This document shows, piece after piece, positions 37,928 through 46,131 of a stretch of DNA of 64,000 nt. The position numbers were made by a program, and so were the translations under genes. The notes beneath the pieces were generated by a model that worked only from the letters and a program-made list of their open reading frames with translations, was not told where the DNA came from and made no database searches. Source of the DNA: a virus. Position 1 is the stretch's first letter, and the number at the start of each line of letters is the position of its first letter. The stretch is from IMG/VR virus record IMGVR_UViG_3300031578_000001; one strand, 5' to 3'.

Positions 37928-38828
37928 CCTCGTCCTCCTCGTCTTCGATCGAGTCAGAGGCCGTGTCGATTGCCCTGTCGAGGATCCGGATATCATTCCT
38001 GAGAATGGCCGTCCTCTCCGCGAACAGATCGTCATCTCTGAGCTCGAGGATCCTCGTCTCGACCAGGTTGTTGATGTAGTCGGGATCGAGGGCATCGAGT
38101 TCCCAGGACTCTTCACCGTATTGTTCCACGTAGGCCGCATACCTGGCGTCGGATGTCTTGCCCGCGTTGGGAGGAGGACCAAGTTCCTCGATCTGGTCCA
38201 TGTTGAGGGCGAGACGTTCCATCGTGACGGGTTCACGGAAAGTGCTGAACCTATCCTCGATGTCCCGGGTCATGTCAAGCCCGGACGGATCGTGGTCTCC
38301 GAGGTGCAGGATGTGGATCTTTTTCCCCTCGAATCTCTTTTGTCTTGCGCGTCTGGCCGCACGCCAGGCGGCAGATTGGGATACGAACCCCTTACATGCG
38401 AAGTATGTCACGTCGAGTTCGGTGCAGGGGCGTGCGACCACATCGACGAGCGCCTCCTTCTCGATCCACACTTCTACATGGACCGGCTGGTTGGACCACA
38501 TGTCGATGGCGTAGGAGTTCTTGGCCGACTCGAGGACCGATTTCGGATTCTTCCAGTGTGAGTTGGACCTGAAGTGTCTCGTTCTATCCACGATGGCATC
38601 CCAGTCGATCATTCCCGCCAACCGGCCGTTGGATATGACGGTGCCGAGGTTCTTGTAGGAGCGGTTGTTGTTCGGGATCAGAGCTCTCGCCACGAACTGG
38701 TAGTAGAGCTGCCGTAAGGTGAGGACGTAGCCCTTGGCAGCATACTCTTCGATGATCTCGTTCGCCTGTTCGATTCGTTTGCGCGAGTCTGGTCTAAACT
38801 CTTTTGATTCGTACCTAATCAGCATCAA
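37917..38828 (-). CDS. Stand-alone wHTH + TOPRIM protein (topoisomerase VIA/Spo11/JetD-like fold)
   Basis: LTLRQLYYQ, VEVWIEKEAL, KGFVS, HLGDHDPSGLDM, WELDAL. Confidence 0.75.
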   Translation of the reverse strand: MMLIRYESKEFRPDSRKRIEQANEIIEEYAAKGYVLTLRQLYYQFVARALIPNNNRSYKNLGTVISNGRLAGMIDWDAIVDRTRHFRSNSHWKNPKSVLESAKNSYAIDMWSNQPVHVEVWIEKEALVDVVARPCTELDVTYFACKGFVSQSAAWRAARRARQKRFEGKKIHILHLGDHDPSGLDMTRDIEDRFSTFREPVTMERLALNMDQIEELGPPPNAGKTSDARYAAYVEQYGEESWELDALDPDYINNLVETRILELRDDDLFAERTAILRNDIRILDRAIDTASDSIEDEEDEDDN

Positions 38829-39004
38829 TCCTCCTTGTGTTGCGGGAAGACGCCGACGATGTCGTAGTCTGAACGATAACTCGAGATCTCGGAATTCTTA
38901 GCTTTGTCCACGGCCTTGGCCATCGCTTCGATCTCGTTGCTCGCCTCGACCTCTACTTCGATTTCGCCGAGAGAGGTCCTGAGTACCTTGACCTTGTACT
39001 TCAC
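38825..39004 (-). CDS. Small hypothetical protein
   Basis: GTG start; VKYKVKV..EVEASNEIEA. Confidence 0.5.
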   Translation of the reverse strand: MKYKVKVLRTSLGEIEVEVEASNEIEAMAKAVDKAKNSEISSYRSDYDIVGVFPQHKED

Positions 39005-39566
39005 GGGGCATGCTCCAATCCAGGCCCAGAGAGTCGAGAACCTCGCGGGCCTCTTCACTGAGGTTCACGAATTCGGTGAATGCTGCAACCAGATCTGTGC
39101 ACCTACCCTCTGAAGCGGTACGACCGAATTCGGCACTGATCTCCTTGTACGGAGGGTGGTATCTGTGCTTCCGCACCAGGTCGTTGCCCAGGTGCATGAG
39201 GACCTCCTTGAGATCCTTGCGGTGAGGGCTTTGAATCATGCGGCGCAGGGTGTCGATGAGACGGTCGACCGCTGATACGCCGTACTGTAAGACGAGCTGC
39301 TCGAAGACATCGCCGTTGTCGAGGCCGTGGGCGATGATGTGCGCGACGTACTCCTCGGTGGTCATCGCCTCCGGACAGCAGCCTTGGCAGAATGGTTTGG
39401 CTCCCTCTTCGCCTTCGAGGTCTTCCATGCCGGTTGCCGGCTGCGCCCAGACGATCGTCTCTTCCGATGTCCACTTCTTGCAGACGGAGCACTCGATCTC
39501 GGGAATGCCTGGTGGATCGGAGGGCGGCGGAATCCTCCTGATTCCTTCGTACGTGTAGTCGGTCAT
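38898..39566 (-). CDS. Hypothetical protein with Cys pairs
   Basis: CSVC..FCQGC; RBS gagagg. Confidence 0.55.
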   Translation of the reverse strand: MTDYTYEGIRRIPPPSDPPGIPEIECSVCKKWTSEETIVWAQPATGMEDLEGEEGAKPFCQGCCPEAMTTEEYVAHIIAHGLDNGDVFEQLVLQYGVSAVDRLIDTLRRMIQSPHRKDLKEVLMHLGNDLVRKHRYHPPYKEISAEFGRTASEGRCTDLVAAFTEFVNLSEEAREVLDSLGLDWSMPREVQGQGTQDLSRRNRSRGRGEQRDRSDGQGRGQS

Positions 39567-39582
39567 TGGTGCCTCTCTTAAT

Positions 39583-39617
39583 AGAAAAGGAGGGCCGGGA
39601 TATTATTCCCGGCCCCC
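39583..39617 (-). terminator. Intrinsic terminator downstream of the CRISPR locus
   Basis: Minus strand: gggggccgggaataatatcccggccctcc then ttttct. Confidence 0.7.
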
Positions 39618-39853
39618 CTGTGGATGGTATGTGCCCGGCCCCGTAGGACCGGGCACTGCACACGGGAAAGTCCACCCCGGGACAGCCCGGGGCGAATGGG
39701 GAACATGTCCCCTTCCTGCTTCATCGACGACTGCTCCTCCACCAGATGGCTTCAGAGACTTACATCTCTCCACAGGCGTTAGGTTTCCGCGCACTTCGCG
39801 GTACCATGCACCCGCCCCTTTCGGAGCGGGAGATCATTCAGACTGGCTGTATA
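39618..39853 (-). ncRNA. Candidate tracrRNA/scaffold RNA
   Basis: Hairpins at 39631-39656, 39675-39692, 39787-39801 and 39811-39830 (GAAA loop on minus strand); anti-repeat at 39654-39670. Confidence 0.45.
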
Positions 39854-40186
39854 CCAACCTCTCTATGTGCGTGGGTTAGACGCTCGAACTTCACGTTAGT
39901 CTTCCCACGGCATCCAGTCTCCCCCATGTGCGTGGGTTAGACTCCTCGATGCTGATCCGGACCGATTCGGCGCCCCAGTCCTCCCCGTGTGCGTGGGTTA
40001 GACAGACCGACGTTTTGGGATTCGCCCGAGAAGCGCCAGTCCTCCCCGTGTGCGTGGGTTAGACCATCCTGTCGTTGACGACTGCGTCAGTGGGCTCCAG
40101 TCCTCCCCGTGTGCGTGGGTTAGACATCTTGAGTAGCTTCCTCGGCTCATGGATGTGCCAGTCCTCCCCGTGTGCGTGGGTTAGAC
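39854..40186 (-). CRISPR. CRISPR array: 6 repeats of 29 bp (last two degenerate), 5 spacers of 32 bp
   Basis: Repeats start at 40158, 40097, 40036, 39975, 39914 and 39854 (28 bp). Minus-strand consensus GTCTAACCCACGCACACGGGGAGGACTGG; period about 61 bp; degeneracy at the left end sets the orientation. Confidence 0.97.
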
Positions 40187-40209
40187 ACCAATATACGGTA
40201 TCCGAAGAA

Positions 40210-41496
40210 TCAGCGGATCGCAACACCAAGACCATCCTGCATGAGATTCTTTACGGCATTGGTCTCCCTTTCCTCGCTCATCCCGCATTCGTCACATACG
40301 AATATCCGTTTACTGAGCGGGAATTCTTCTTTCACGTATCCACATGAACTGCATTTCTTACTCGACGGGAAACCAGTATTCAACACCAGAAGGTCTGATC
40401 CGAATTTGGGACACTTGTATTCAAGCATTTTCCAGAAGATTCCCCATCCCTTATCGGCTATGGCGCGGCTGTACTTCTTCTGTTCAAGGAGGCGATCGAT
40501 CCTCCAGTCTTCGATGATGATCGTTCTGAAGTTCTTAGCGAGATAGGTGGATAGTTTATTAAGGAAGTCAGCCCGTACGAATCGAACTCGGCGATGGATG
40601 AGTGCTCTTCTGGTTCTGCTTTTCTTATAGTTGTTGGATACAGGCTTCACCGGTTTCCTGTCGGGCCTCATGGGCCTTCCGAGCCTACGTCTCGCCACTT
40701 CCCTATCTACCCGTATCAGCTTCTTGAGAGCATGATCGAGAGGGGAAGGGTGATCTATCCTGTATGTATTCCCGTGGACAGATACGGATCCGTCAAATTT
40801 GTCCGAGTCCATCTCAGGCGTTTCCCCGTCAGATCGCATGATCGTGAATGGAAATTTGAGGCCGAGGTGAACGGCTATGGCTGGCCCGTTCCTCATTCCG
40901 GGTTTAGCCGATTTATCCTTGCAGCGAAATGATATATACCATCGATCCACATCACGCTTCACCGTGACACCTATGATGTCTCCTCTGGCGACGTGTGTTG
41001 TTTCTTTCGTTCTGATGGTCTTCAGTGTGGGAAGGGTTACAGATCGATCGACCGCCCTGATGGTGCGGCCGTAGAGATGGAAAGACTCCTCCGACGGAAT
41101 CGCTTTCCTCCATTTGGGGAATCCAACTTTCCTTCTCTGCCCCTTAGGCTTCTTTCGGTTCGAGAAGAACGCTGAGATTGCTTTATCGAGATCCCTGAAC
41201 GCACCTTCAACAGTGCCTCTCGCAGTTCCGAGTATTCCGACTTCGATAAGTCGCTCTTTTCCACGATCACTGTTTATCCATACTGTCCACTCCTTCTGGA
41301 GGGATATTGATTTCGGCATGCGTTCCCTATTGTCTTTCGGTAGATTGAGCCAGTCTTTGATCCTTCCGAGTGCCCAGTTCCAGGCGTATCTGGCCATTCT
41401 TGCATGGCGCTTCATTTCCGTTATCTGGGCATTGTTCGGGTCGAGTTCGTATTTGAGAACCTTGACTCGGTCTGGTTGCGCATCGGTCTTAGCCAT
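40210..41496 (-). CDS. tnpB: TnpB/Cas12f-like protein, predicted nuclease-dead
   Basis: IS605 OrfB HTH-like N-terminus (ARYAWNWAL), GFPKWRK, RuvC-I AVHLGLK, RuvC-II IIIEDW, PSSKKCSSCG/CDECG, RuvC-III EERETNAVKNL. Confidence 0.9.
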   Translation of the reverse strand: MAKTDAQPDRVKVLKYELDPNNAQITEMKRHARMARYAWNWALGRIKDWLNLPKDNRERMPKSISLQKEWTVWINSDRGKERLIEVGILGTARGTVEGAFRDLDKAISAFFSNRKKPKGQRRKVGFPKWRKAIPSEESFHLYGRTIRAVDRSVTLPTLKTIRTKETTHVARGDIIGVTVKRDVDRWYISFRCKDKSAKPGMRNGPAIAVHLGLKFPFTIMRSDGETPEMDSDKFDGSVSVHGNTYRIDHPSPLDHALKKLIRVDREVARRRLGRPMRPDRKPVKPVSNNYKKSRTRRALIHRRVRFVRADFLNKLSTYLAKNFRTIIIEDWRIDRLLEQKKYSRAIADKGWGIFWKMLEYKCPKFGSDLLVLNTGFPSSKKCSSCGYVKEEFPLSKRIFVCDECGMSEERETNAVKNLMQDGLGVAIR

Positions 41497-41521
41497 AGTT
41501 ACTCTCCGTGTTTCACTCTGA

Positions 41522-41626
41522 TAGCGGGGGCAGGAATCGAACCTGCGACCTCCGGTGATTACACCAATAGGTTCCCGTGGGTTCCAAAGGCGAGTGCCGG
41601 TGTGCCTACCACTGCACCACCCCGCA
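41522..41626 (-). tRNA. tRNA-like gene with a 32-nt expansion of the anticodon loop (anticodon unassignable)
   Basis: Acceptor TGCGGGG/CCCCGCT+A, D arm GTGC-AGTGGTAG-GCAC, variable AGGTC, T arm GCAGG-TTCGATT-CCTGC; 41 nt lie between the CCGG/CCGG stem halves. Confidence 0.7.
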
Positions 41627-41634
41627 GTTGTTTC

Positions 41635-41979
41635 CTACCCGAAGGTGATCTTGACCTCGGTCTCGGTCTTGACGACGGAGTCCGCCTTGACGTGGGCGAT
41701 GATGATGCGCTGCTTGTTGAGGCTGGCGCCGTTCTTCTTCAGCCACGCGTTCGCGTCTTTCATGTCCGTGAGACCCTTGGCGATCTCGAGCAGGACCGTG
41801 GTTCCGGCCGAGAGGGGATGCGGTTCGTCGGCCAGGATGTCGTCGTGGGCCGCGATGGGCGGAACCTTCTTCGCGATGAAGATGGAGAAGGACCCCTTCT
41901 GCTGCTTCTTGGACTTGGGGACTTCGGTGCCCTGGTCGGATTCTTCGGCCCCCGCTTTCTTCTTTTTCTTTCCTGCCAT
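41635..41979 (-). CDS. Hypothetical Lys-rich protein
   Basis: Start MAGKKKKK with RBS gaggag. Confidence 0.65.
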   Translation of the reverse strand: MAGKKKKKAGAEESDQGTEVPKSKKQQKGSFSIFIAKKVPPIAAHDDILADEPHPLSAGTTVLLEIAKGLTDMKDANAWLKKNGASLNKQRIIIAHVKADSVVKTETEVKITFG

Positions 41980-42063
41980 GGTTAGGTTCTCCTCGCTGCT
42001 GGGACTTGGGTTACTTGTCACGGAGTGCCCGAAGGATATCCTTCGCAGACACCCCACTCTCGA

Positions 42064-42405
42064 TCAGGAATTCAACTTCTGGGTTGACCTGAACTCCGCC
42101 ATGGACTTCCTCGTCATCTCTCTAACGAGAACGGCGTACGCTGTGTGGCCGTGCTGCCGGAGAAGTTCTGCACGATCCAACGCTTCCATGGCCTTCTTGA
42201 AGTCCAATTCAGGATTGGGCCAGGTTTGCGGGATCAGTTTGCCGTCGCTCATTACACCCATGTAGACATTGACGAGTGTGCTTCCATGGCGCCTCTCGAG
42301 CTCCGTGGTGCAGAGGTTACAGAGCCTGGTCTTATTCTTCTTCCCTGGCTCCACCAGGTAGGCGTCGGCGCATCTGGGGCAGCGATTCTTCCGGTGGTTG
42401 GTCAT
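42064..42405 (-). CDS. Hypothetical Zn-finger protein
   Basis: CPRC..CNLC. Confidence 0.6.
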   Translation of the reverse strand: MTNHRKNRCPRCADAYLVEPGKKNKTRLCNLCTTELERRHGSTLVNVYMGVMSDGKLIPQTWPNPELDFKKAMEALDRAELLRQHGHTAYAVLVREMTRKSMAEFRSTQKLNS

Positions 42406-42413
42406 GGCTCCTC

Positions 42414-42761
42414 CTACTGGTGGTACGTGGGCCTCTTACCTTTGAATTGGTTGAAGCCATTGGTCAGGGCGTGTTGTCTGTTCCTCATTCCGAGGATCCT
42501 GTGATCGAGATCGTCCAAGACCTCGTCGAGTTCTTCCTTGTTCGAGATGAGGTAATAGCCTTCGGAACACGATCCGATGGGAAGGTGATCCTCCTCGATC
42601 ATAGGCTTGATGACATCGAGACGGAGAGACTCGGACGTGATCCCTCCAGGGAGGCCGAGTGCTCACGAGAGTTCGGCGGCTACGATGGCGTTGTCCTTTC
42701 CCGTCCCGAGCAGGGCCAGGAGTCTTGCCCGGATCTTTGGTGGAAGAGTTTTCTGTTTCAA
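42414..42761 (-). pseudogene. Winged-helix-like gene interrupted by an in-frame TGA (42663-42665)
   Basis: TTG start with RBS aggag; LGTGKDNAIVAAELS*ALG...PIGSCSEGYYLI continues in frame. Confidence 0.65.
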
Positions 42762-42774
42762 TGTTCTGCTCCTA

Positions 42775-43101
42775 TCAGGGCTTGATGACCCTCTCGTCCG
42801 AGTTCTCGTCGGTGAACTCGATGAACCATTTGCATCCGATCTGGAAAGTGTCACCGATCGACATTTCCTTGTTCCCCCAGGCTCCGAGCACATACTCGGC
42901 AGCCGCCTTGGCGGCTTTGGCTTCGCCCATCGTCATGAAGGGACCCATTCGCTGGGGGTGTGTGTCTGTGACTTTGATGATGTCGAACTGGGTGTCGCAT
43001 CTGAAACATCGGAAGCAGAACCTCTCGCTCTTTTCTTCCTCGAGGGCGACGTTCCACTTGCAAAGCGGGCATAGGGTATCCGATCTCGGATCCTTGGCCA
43101 T
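42775..43101 (-). CDS. Hypothetical Zn-ribbon protein
   Basis: CPLC..CFRC; RBS ggaggag. Confidence 0.6.
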   Translation of the reverse strand: MAKDPRSDTLCPLCKWNVALEEEKSERFCFRCFRCDTQFDIIKVTDTHPQRMGPFMTMGEAKAAKAAAEYVLGAWGNKEMSIGDTFQIGCKWFIEFTDENSDERVIKP

Positions 43102-43109
43102 GGCTCCTC

Positions 43110-43274
43110 CTATCTGAACTCGCCGGCTACAGGAACGATGTATTCGTTCCCGCACTTGTGTCTCTTGGCCTCCTCCTCCGACTCGAACGTCTGGGCCTTC
43201 TGTAGGCACGTCGTGTACGACCCAGGGCTTCCGTGCTTGGCCACGTACAGGTTTCCCTTCTTGATGACGTACAT
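43110..43274 (-). CDS. Small phage protein MYVIKKG...CGNEYIV (not in ORF track)
   Basis: 54 aa; RBS ggaggg; ATGA overlap. Confidence 0.6.
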   Translation of the reverse strand: MYVIKKGNLYVAKHGSPGSYTTCLQKAQTFESEEEAKRHKCGNEYIVPVAGEFR

Positions 43275-43582
43275 CAGCCCTCCTTTTCTGGATCAGGGAC
43301 CCATACCCAGGCCTGGACCCACACTCCTCCGTCTCCACCGATGCTCAGGCGGGCGCCATCGTCAACCTCGATGTTGTCATCGCTCGGGTCGGCATACCGT
43401 TTCCTGGCCTCTTTCACGCGCCTCTCCTTCTCTTCGGATGTGAGGCTATCGTCTTTGCAGATCGTGTAAAGGGTCTCTCCACACTCGTTGCAGACTATGG
43501 CGATGCCCTGTCCGGCCTTGATTTCGATTCCGAGGCCGTGCTCGTCGTGCTCGAAAATCTTATCAACGTCGGTTTCATTCAT
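43274..43582 (-). CDS. Hypothetical protein
   Basis: Start MNETDV; CNECG. Confidence 0.6.
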   Translation of the reverse strand: MNETDVDKIFEHDEHGLGIEIKAGQGIAIVCNECGETLYTICKDDSLTSEEKERRVKEARKRYADPSDDNIEVDDGARLSIGGDGGVWVQAWVWVPDPEKEG

Positions 43583-43881
43583 TTCTTGATTTCCTTTCCT
43601 GTGGAGGGTGCTTCCGTCTCCTGGCCATCGGGTCCGAGGCAGTAGGGAATCATATTCTCGCAGAGCATGATCGCCATCGGTACGACCTGGAATGATCCGT
43701 CCTCGTCGGGATATGAGCATGCGAGGAAGGCCACCTCTTCATCCTTGTAGGTGCCCTGTACGAGGCACAGTCCGGTGTACTTTTCCTGATCGTTGGAGTT
43801 GCCTTTAGCGAGCATATCGAAGTTACTCCTGGCCATGTCGAATCTTTGGATGAGAAGATTCTTAGAAATTTCAAATCCCAT
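43579..43881 (-). CDS. Hypothetical protein
   Basis: Start MGFEISK; 100 aa. Confidence 0.6.
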   Translation of the reverse strand: MGFEISKNLLIQRFDMARSNFDMLAKGNSNDQEKYTGLCLVQGTYKDEEVAFLACSYPDEDGSFQVVPMAIMLCENMIPYCLGPDGQETEAPSTGKEIKK

Positions 43882-43896
43882 TGTTTCCCCTCTTGA

Positions 43897-43930
43897 AAAG
43901 AAAGCCCGGGGGACGAATCCCCCGGGCTCA
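43897..43930 (-). terminator. Intrinsic terminator with TTCG loop
   Basis: Minus strand: gcccggggga-ttcg-tcccccgggc-tttctttt. Confidence 0.75.
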
Positions 43931-43958
43931 GTTCGCATGCCTGCTTCCACTTGTGGTT

Positions 43959-44408
43959 TCAGAGGCGCTGGGCCGGTTTGAGCCGACCCTTCAGTAGAAT
44001 CGTGGTCCCCCTAACCCCCTTCCCGTGCCGCAGATATTGCGTGCAGTAAGCGATCAAATCGACAGAGGTGTCCCAGTGATGCCGGACCCCGGGTCTCAGA
44101 CTCCCGGTCCAGGCGAGGAACCTCAGATCGTGCGTCTTCGTGGTAGCGAAGTACAGGTCGGTCTGATTGCCGCAGCGTTCGTCGTCGTAATTGACGGAGG
44201 TGGCTTCAAGGATGCCCGCGTCATGTGGAACGATCGTCCAGGGCGTCACGGTGAAGATCTCGGGGTGCGACATCATCTTGACGGTCTTTTCTTGGAGAGC
44301 CGGTGTCTCCGATCTCCCGTCCATCGTCGACATGGCGACGATGGCAAGCAGTCCGAAGACGAGCACCGTGATCATTACGATCAGGATGCCGATGTTGAAC
44401 ATTCGCAT
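43959..44408 (-). CDS. Membrane-anchored hypothetical protein
   Basis: N-terminal TM helix. Confidence 0.6.
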   Translation of the reverse strand: MRMFNIGILIVMITVLVFGLLAIVAMSTMDGRSETPALQEKTVKMMSHPEIFTVTPWTIVPHDAGILEATSVNYDDERCGNQTDLYFATTKTHDLRFLAWTGSLRPGVRHHWDTSVDLIAYCTQYLRHGKGVRGTTILLKGRLKPAQRL

Positions 44409-44581
44409 ACAATTTCCTCCTCGGATTTGGTCTTCTTGACGGGTCTCTGCCTTCCTTACGATGTGGTATCACACGGTTCCGGTACTGGCTGCCCCCGGCT
44501 TTCTCACACAGTACACCTCCTTTCCGATGACCTAATTGGTTTTGAGTCTTTATTATGCTCTTTATAGCGTCGGATTGAAAG

Positions 44582-44914
44582 TCAGGATTCGGTGATGCTG
44601 AAGGTGAAGCCCGAGACTCCTCCTTTATCCTTCTTGCCGGCGCTGAGTCTCAGTCTGATCGTATCGGCCTCGATGAGGGTCATGAGATCGCTGATCGGTA
44701 TCTTGAGTTCATCTTTCAGATTGGAGATCATCAGAGCCGTGAGCCTGATCTTCGAGTTCGCTGATCCGAACGCCCTTCCCGCGGACCGTTGACCCTGCTC
44801 GTTGAACATGAGGCCGGCGACGACCACGCAGTCGATTTTTTCGAGTTCGTAGATGTCCTTGAGGGCGACGTTGATGGCCTCTTCTGGAGTGGATGGCTTT
44901 ACGTCTTCGCTCAT
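44582..44914 (-). CDS. Hypothetical protein
   Basis: Start MSEDVKP. Confidence 0.6.
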   Translation of the reverse strand: MSEDVKPSTPEEAINVALKDIYELEKIDCVVVAGLMFNEQGQRSAGRAFGSANSKIRLTALMISNLKDELKIPISDLMTLIEADTIRLRLSAGKKDKGGVSGFTFSITES

Positions 44915-45333
44915 GGTTTCCTTTCCCTCTTCAGGACGTTGATGTTCTTCAGACCCCATTCTTTCATCAGAGGCGCCTCGCTCCCGCAGGTATTGTGTCC
45001 TCCACCTTCCCAGAAGGCTGTCTGGAGATTATCGGGAATCGGGTGCAGCATCTCCCAGATTTTGCTGACTGAGTCCGGGTCAAGGTTCTTGTGCGGAAGA
45101 TGGATAGGGAGTCCGTCTGATCCGTAGGCTCCGGAGAGGACAATCTCGTGGCCACAGACCTTGGTTTGCCCCATCATCCAGGGTCCGAATTGCTTCAGGA
45201 TGACAGATCTAAGGATGGCTCGAAGTTCTGGTCGCAGTGCCTTGGATTCGGGATCCTGGCATACGACGAGGAACGATCCGCGACTGCACTGGCACCCGTC
45301 TCCGTCGTACCATCCATTTCCATCGATGAACAT
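44911..45333 (-). CDS. Hypothetical protein
   Basis: Start MFIDGNG; ATGA overlaps. Confidence 0.6.
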   Translation of the reverse strand: MFIDGNGWYDGDGCQCSRGSFLVVCQDPESKALRPELRAILRSVILKQFGPWMMGQTKVCGHEIVLSGAYGSDGLPIHLPHKNLDPDSVSKIWEMLHPIPDNLQTAFWEGGGHNTCGSEAPLMKEWGLKNINVLKRERKP

Positions 45334-45530
45334 CAGGAACGCCTCCTCTTCTCCTCGATCACTTGGCATTTGTAGTAGGACGTACCGAGTTCGTACTTGC
45401 TCCAGTCAGGCTCGAAGCCGCCCTTGGCGATCCATTCCATCAGATCATGACACCACTGGTCTATCTCGTCGCCGCTCTTGCGCGACGATACGAACTCATC
45501 GATTCTTCTGAGACATTCGTTTGGATCCAC
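45333..45530 (-). CDS. Small phage protein MDPNECL...W..KGGFEPDW
   Basis: 65 aa. Confidence 0.6.
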   Translation of the reverse strand: MDPNECLRRIDEFVSSRKSGDEIDQWCHDLMEWIAKGGFEPDWSKYELGTSYYKCQVIEEKRRRS

Positions 45531-46122
45531 GCTTCTTCCCTTTCTTGAGCAGGGATGCGACGGTTCTGGACGCAGCCTCGGCGATCTTTCTCGACTCGTC
45601 CCAGGTCACTCCTGTGTCCGCTATGTTTCCGAGAATCTCTTTGATGATGGTCTCGGCGCCCGTATCTTCTGCTGGGTGACCGGAGACGACCTTCTCTACC
45701 GTCTTTTCGAGGTTCTCGACGATGGATCGCTCGATCCTTCCGGATACGGTTCTGATTGCGTACACCATGGCCTGAACGAGTTCCTTCTCCATCTCCTCAG
45801 ATGCCTTGAGGATCGCCTGGGCCATGTTTGATGGGACGGTGTATCGATTCCCGTAATCTCCGTATCCACCGATCCTGATCACGGTCGTCTCGTCGTCGGC
45901 GCTTCCGTATCTCGATTCCTTGAACTTGAGGGCGCGGAACAGCGGGCGAAGGACCCTCTCGAAGGTGCCCCTGATGCGGACGATAGTGGGCTCTCCGCGG
46001 AACATCTCTTCGCGTTCCTCGTACGCGTTGACGGTCACCTTGAGTGTTTCGATCATGCACCAGGGGCATCCTCTGTCATCTCTGAGATATTCCGGGTGCA
46101 CGCTGCATCTGCGCTTTCTCAC
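45496..46122 (-). CDS. Hypothetical protein
   Basis: 208 aa. Confidence 0.6.
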   Translation of the reverse strand: MRKRRCSVHPEYLRDDRGCPWCMIETLKVTVNAYEEREEMFRGEPTIVRIRGTFERVLRPLFRALKFKESRYGSADDETTVIRIGGYGDYGNRYTVPSNMAQAILKASEEMEKELVQAMVYAIRTVSGRIERSIVENLEKTVEKVVSGHPAEDTGAETIIKEILGNIADTGVTWDESRKIAEAASRTVASLLKKGKKRGSKRMSQKNR

Positions 46123-46131
46123 CTGCCCTCC

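Noticed and set aside
39854-40186. Complete class 1 CRISPR-Cas system, or self-targeting spacers
   Set aside because: No cas1/2/3/5/6/7 genes are in the window. A by-eye search found no protospacer here, though it was not exhaustive.
40210-41496. Active IS200/IS605 or IS607 transposon
   Set aside because: There is no tnpA or serine recombinase nearby, no recognisable IS end hairpins, the RuvC is altered, and an array occupies the position of the right end.
41522-41626. tmRNA or selenocysteine tRNA
   Set aside because: It has a full D stem and a short variable loop, and is too short for tmRNA; the extra sequence lies in the anticodon arm, not the variable arm.
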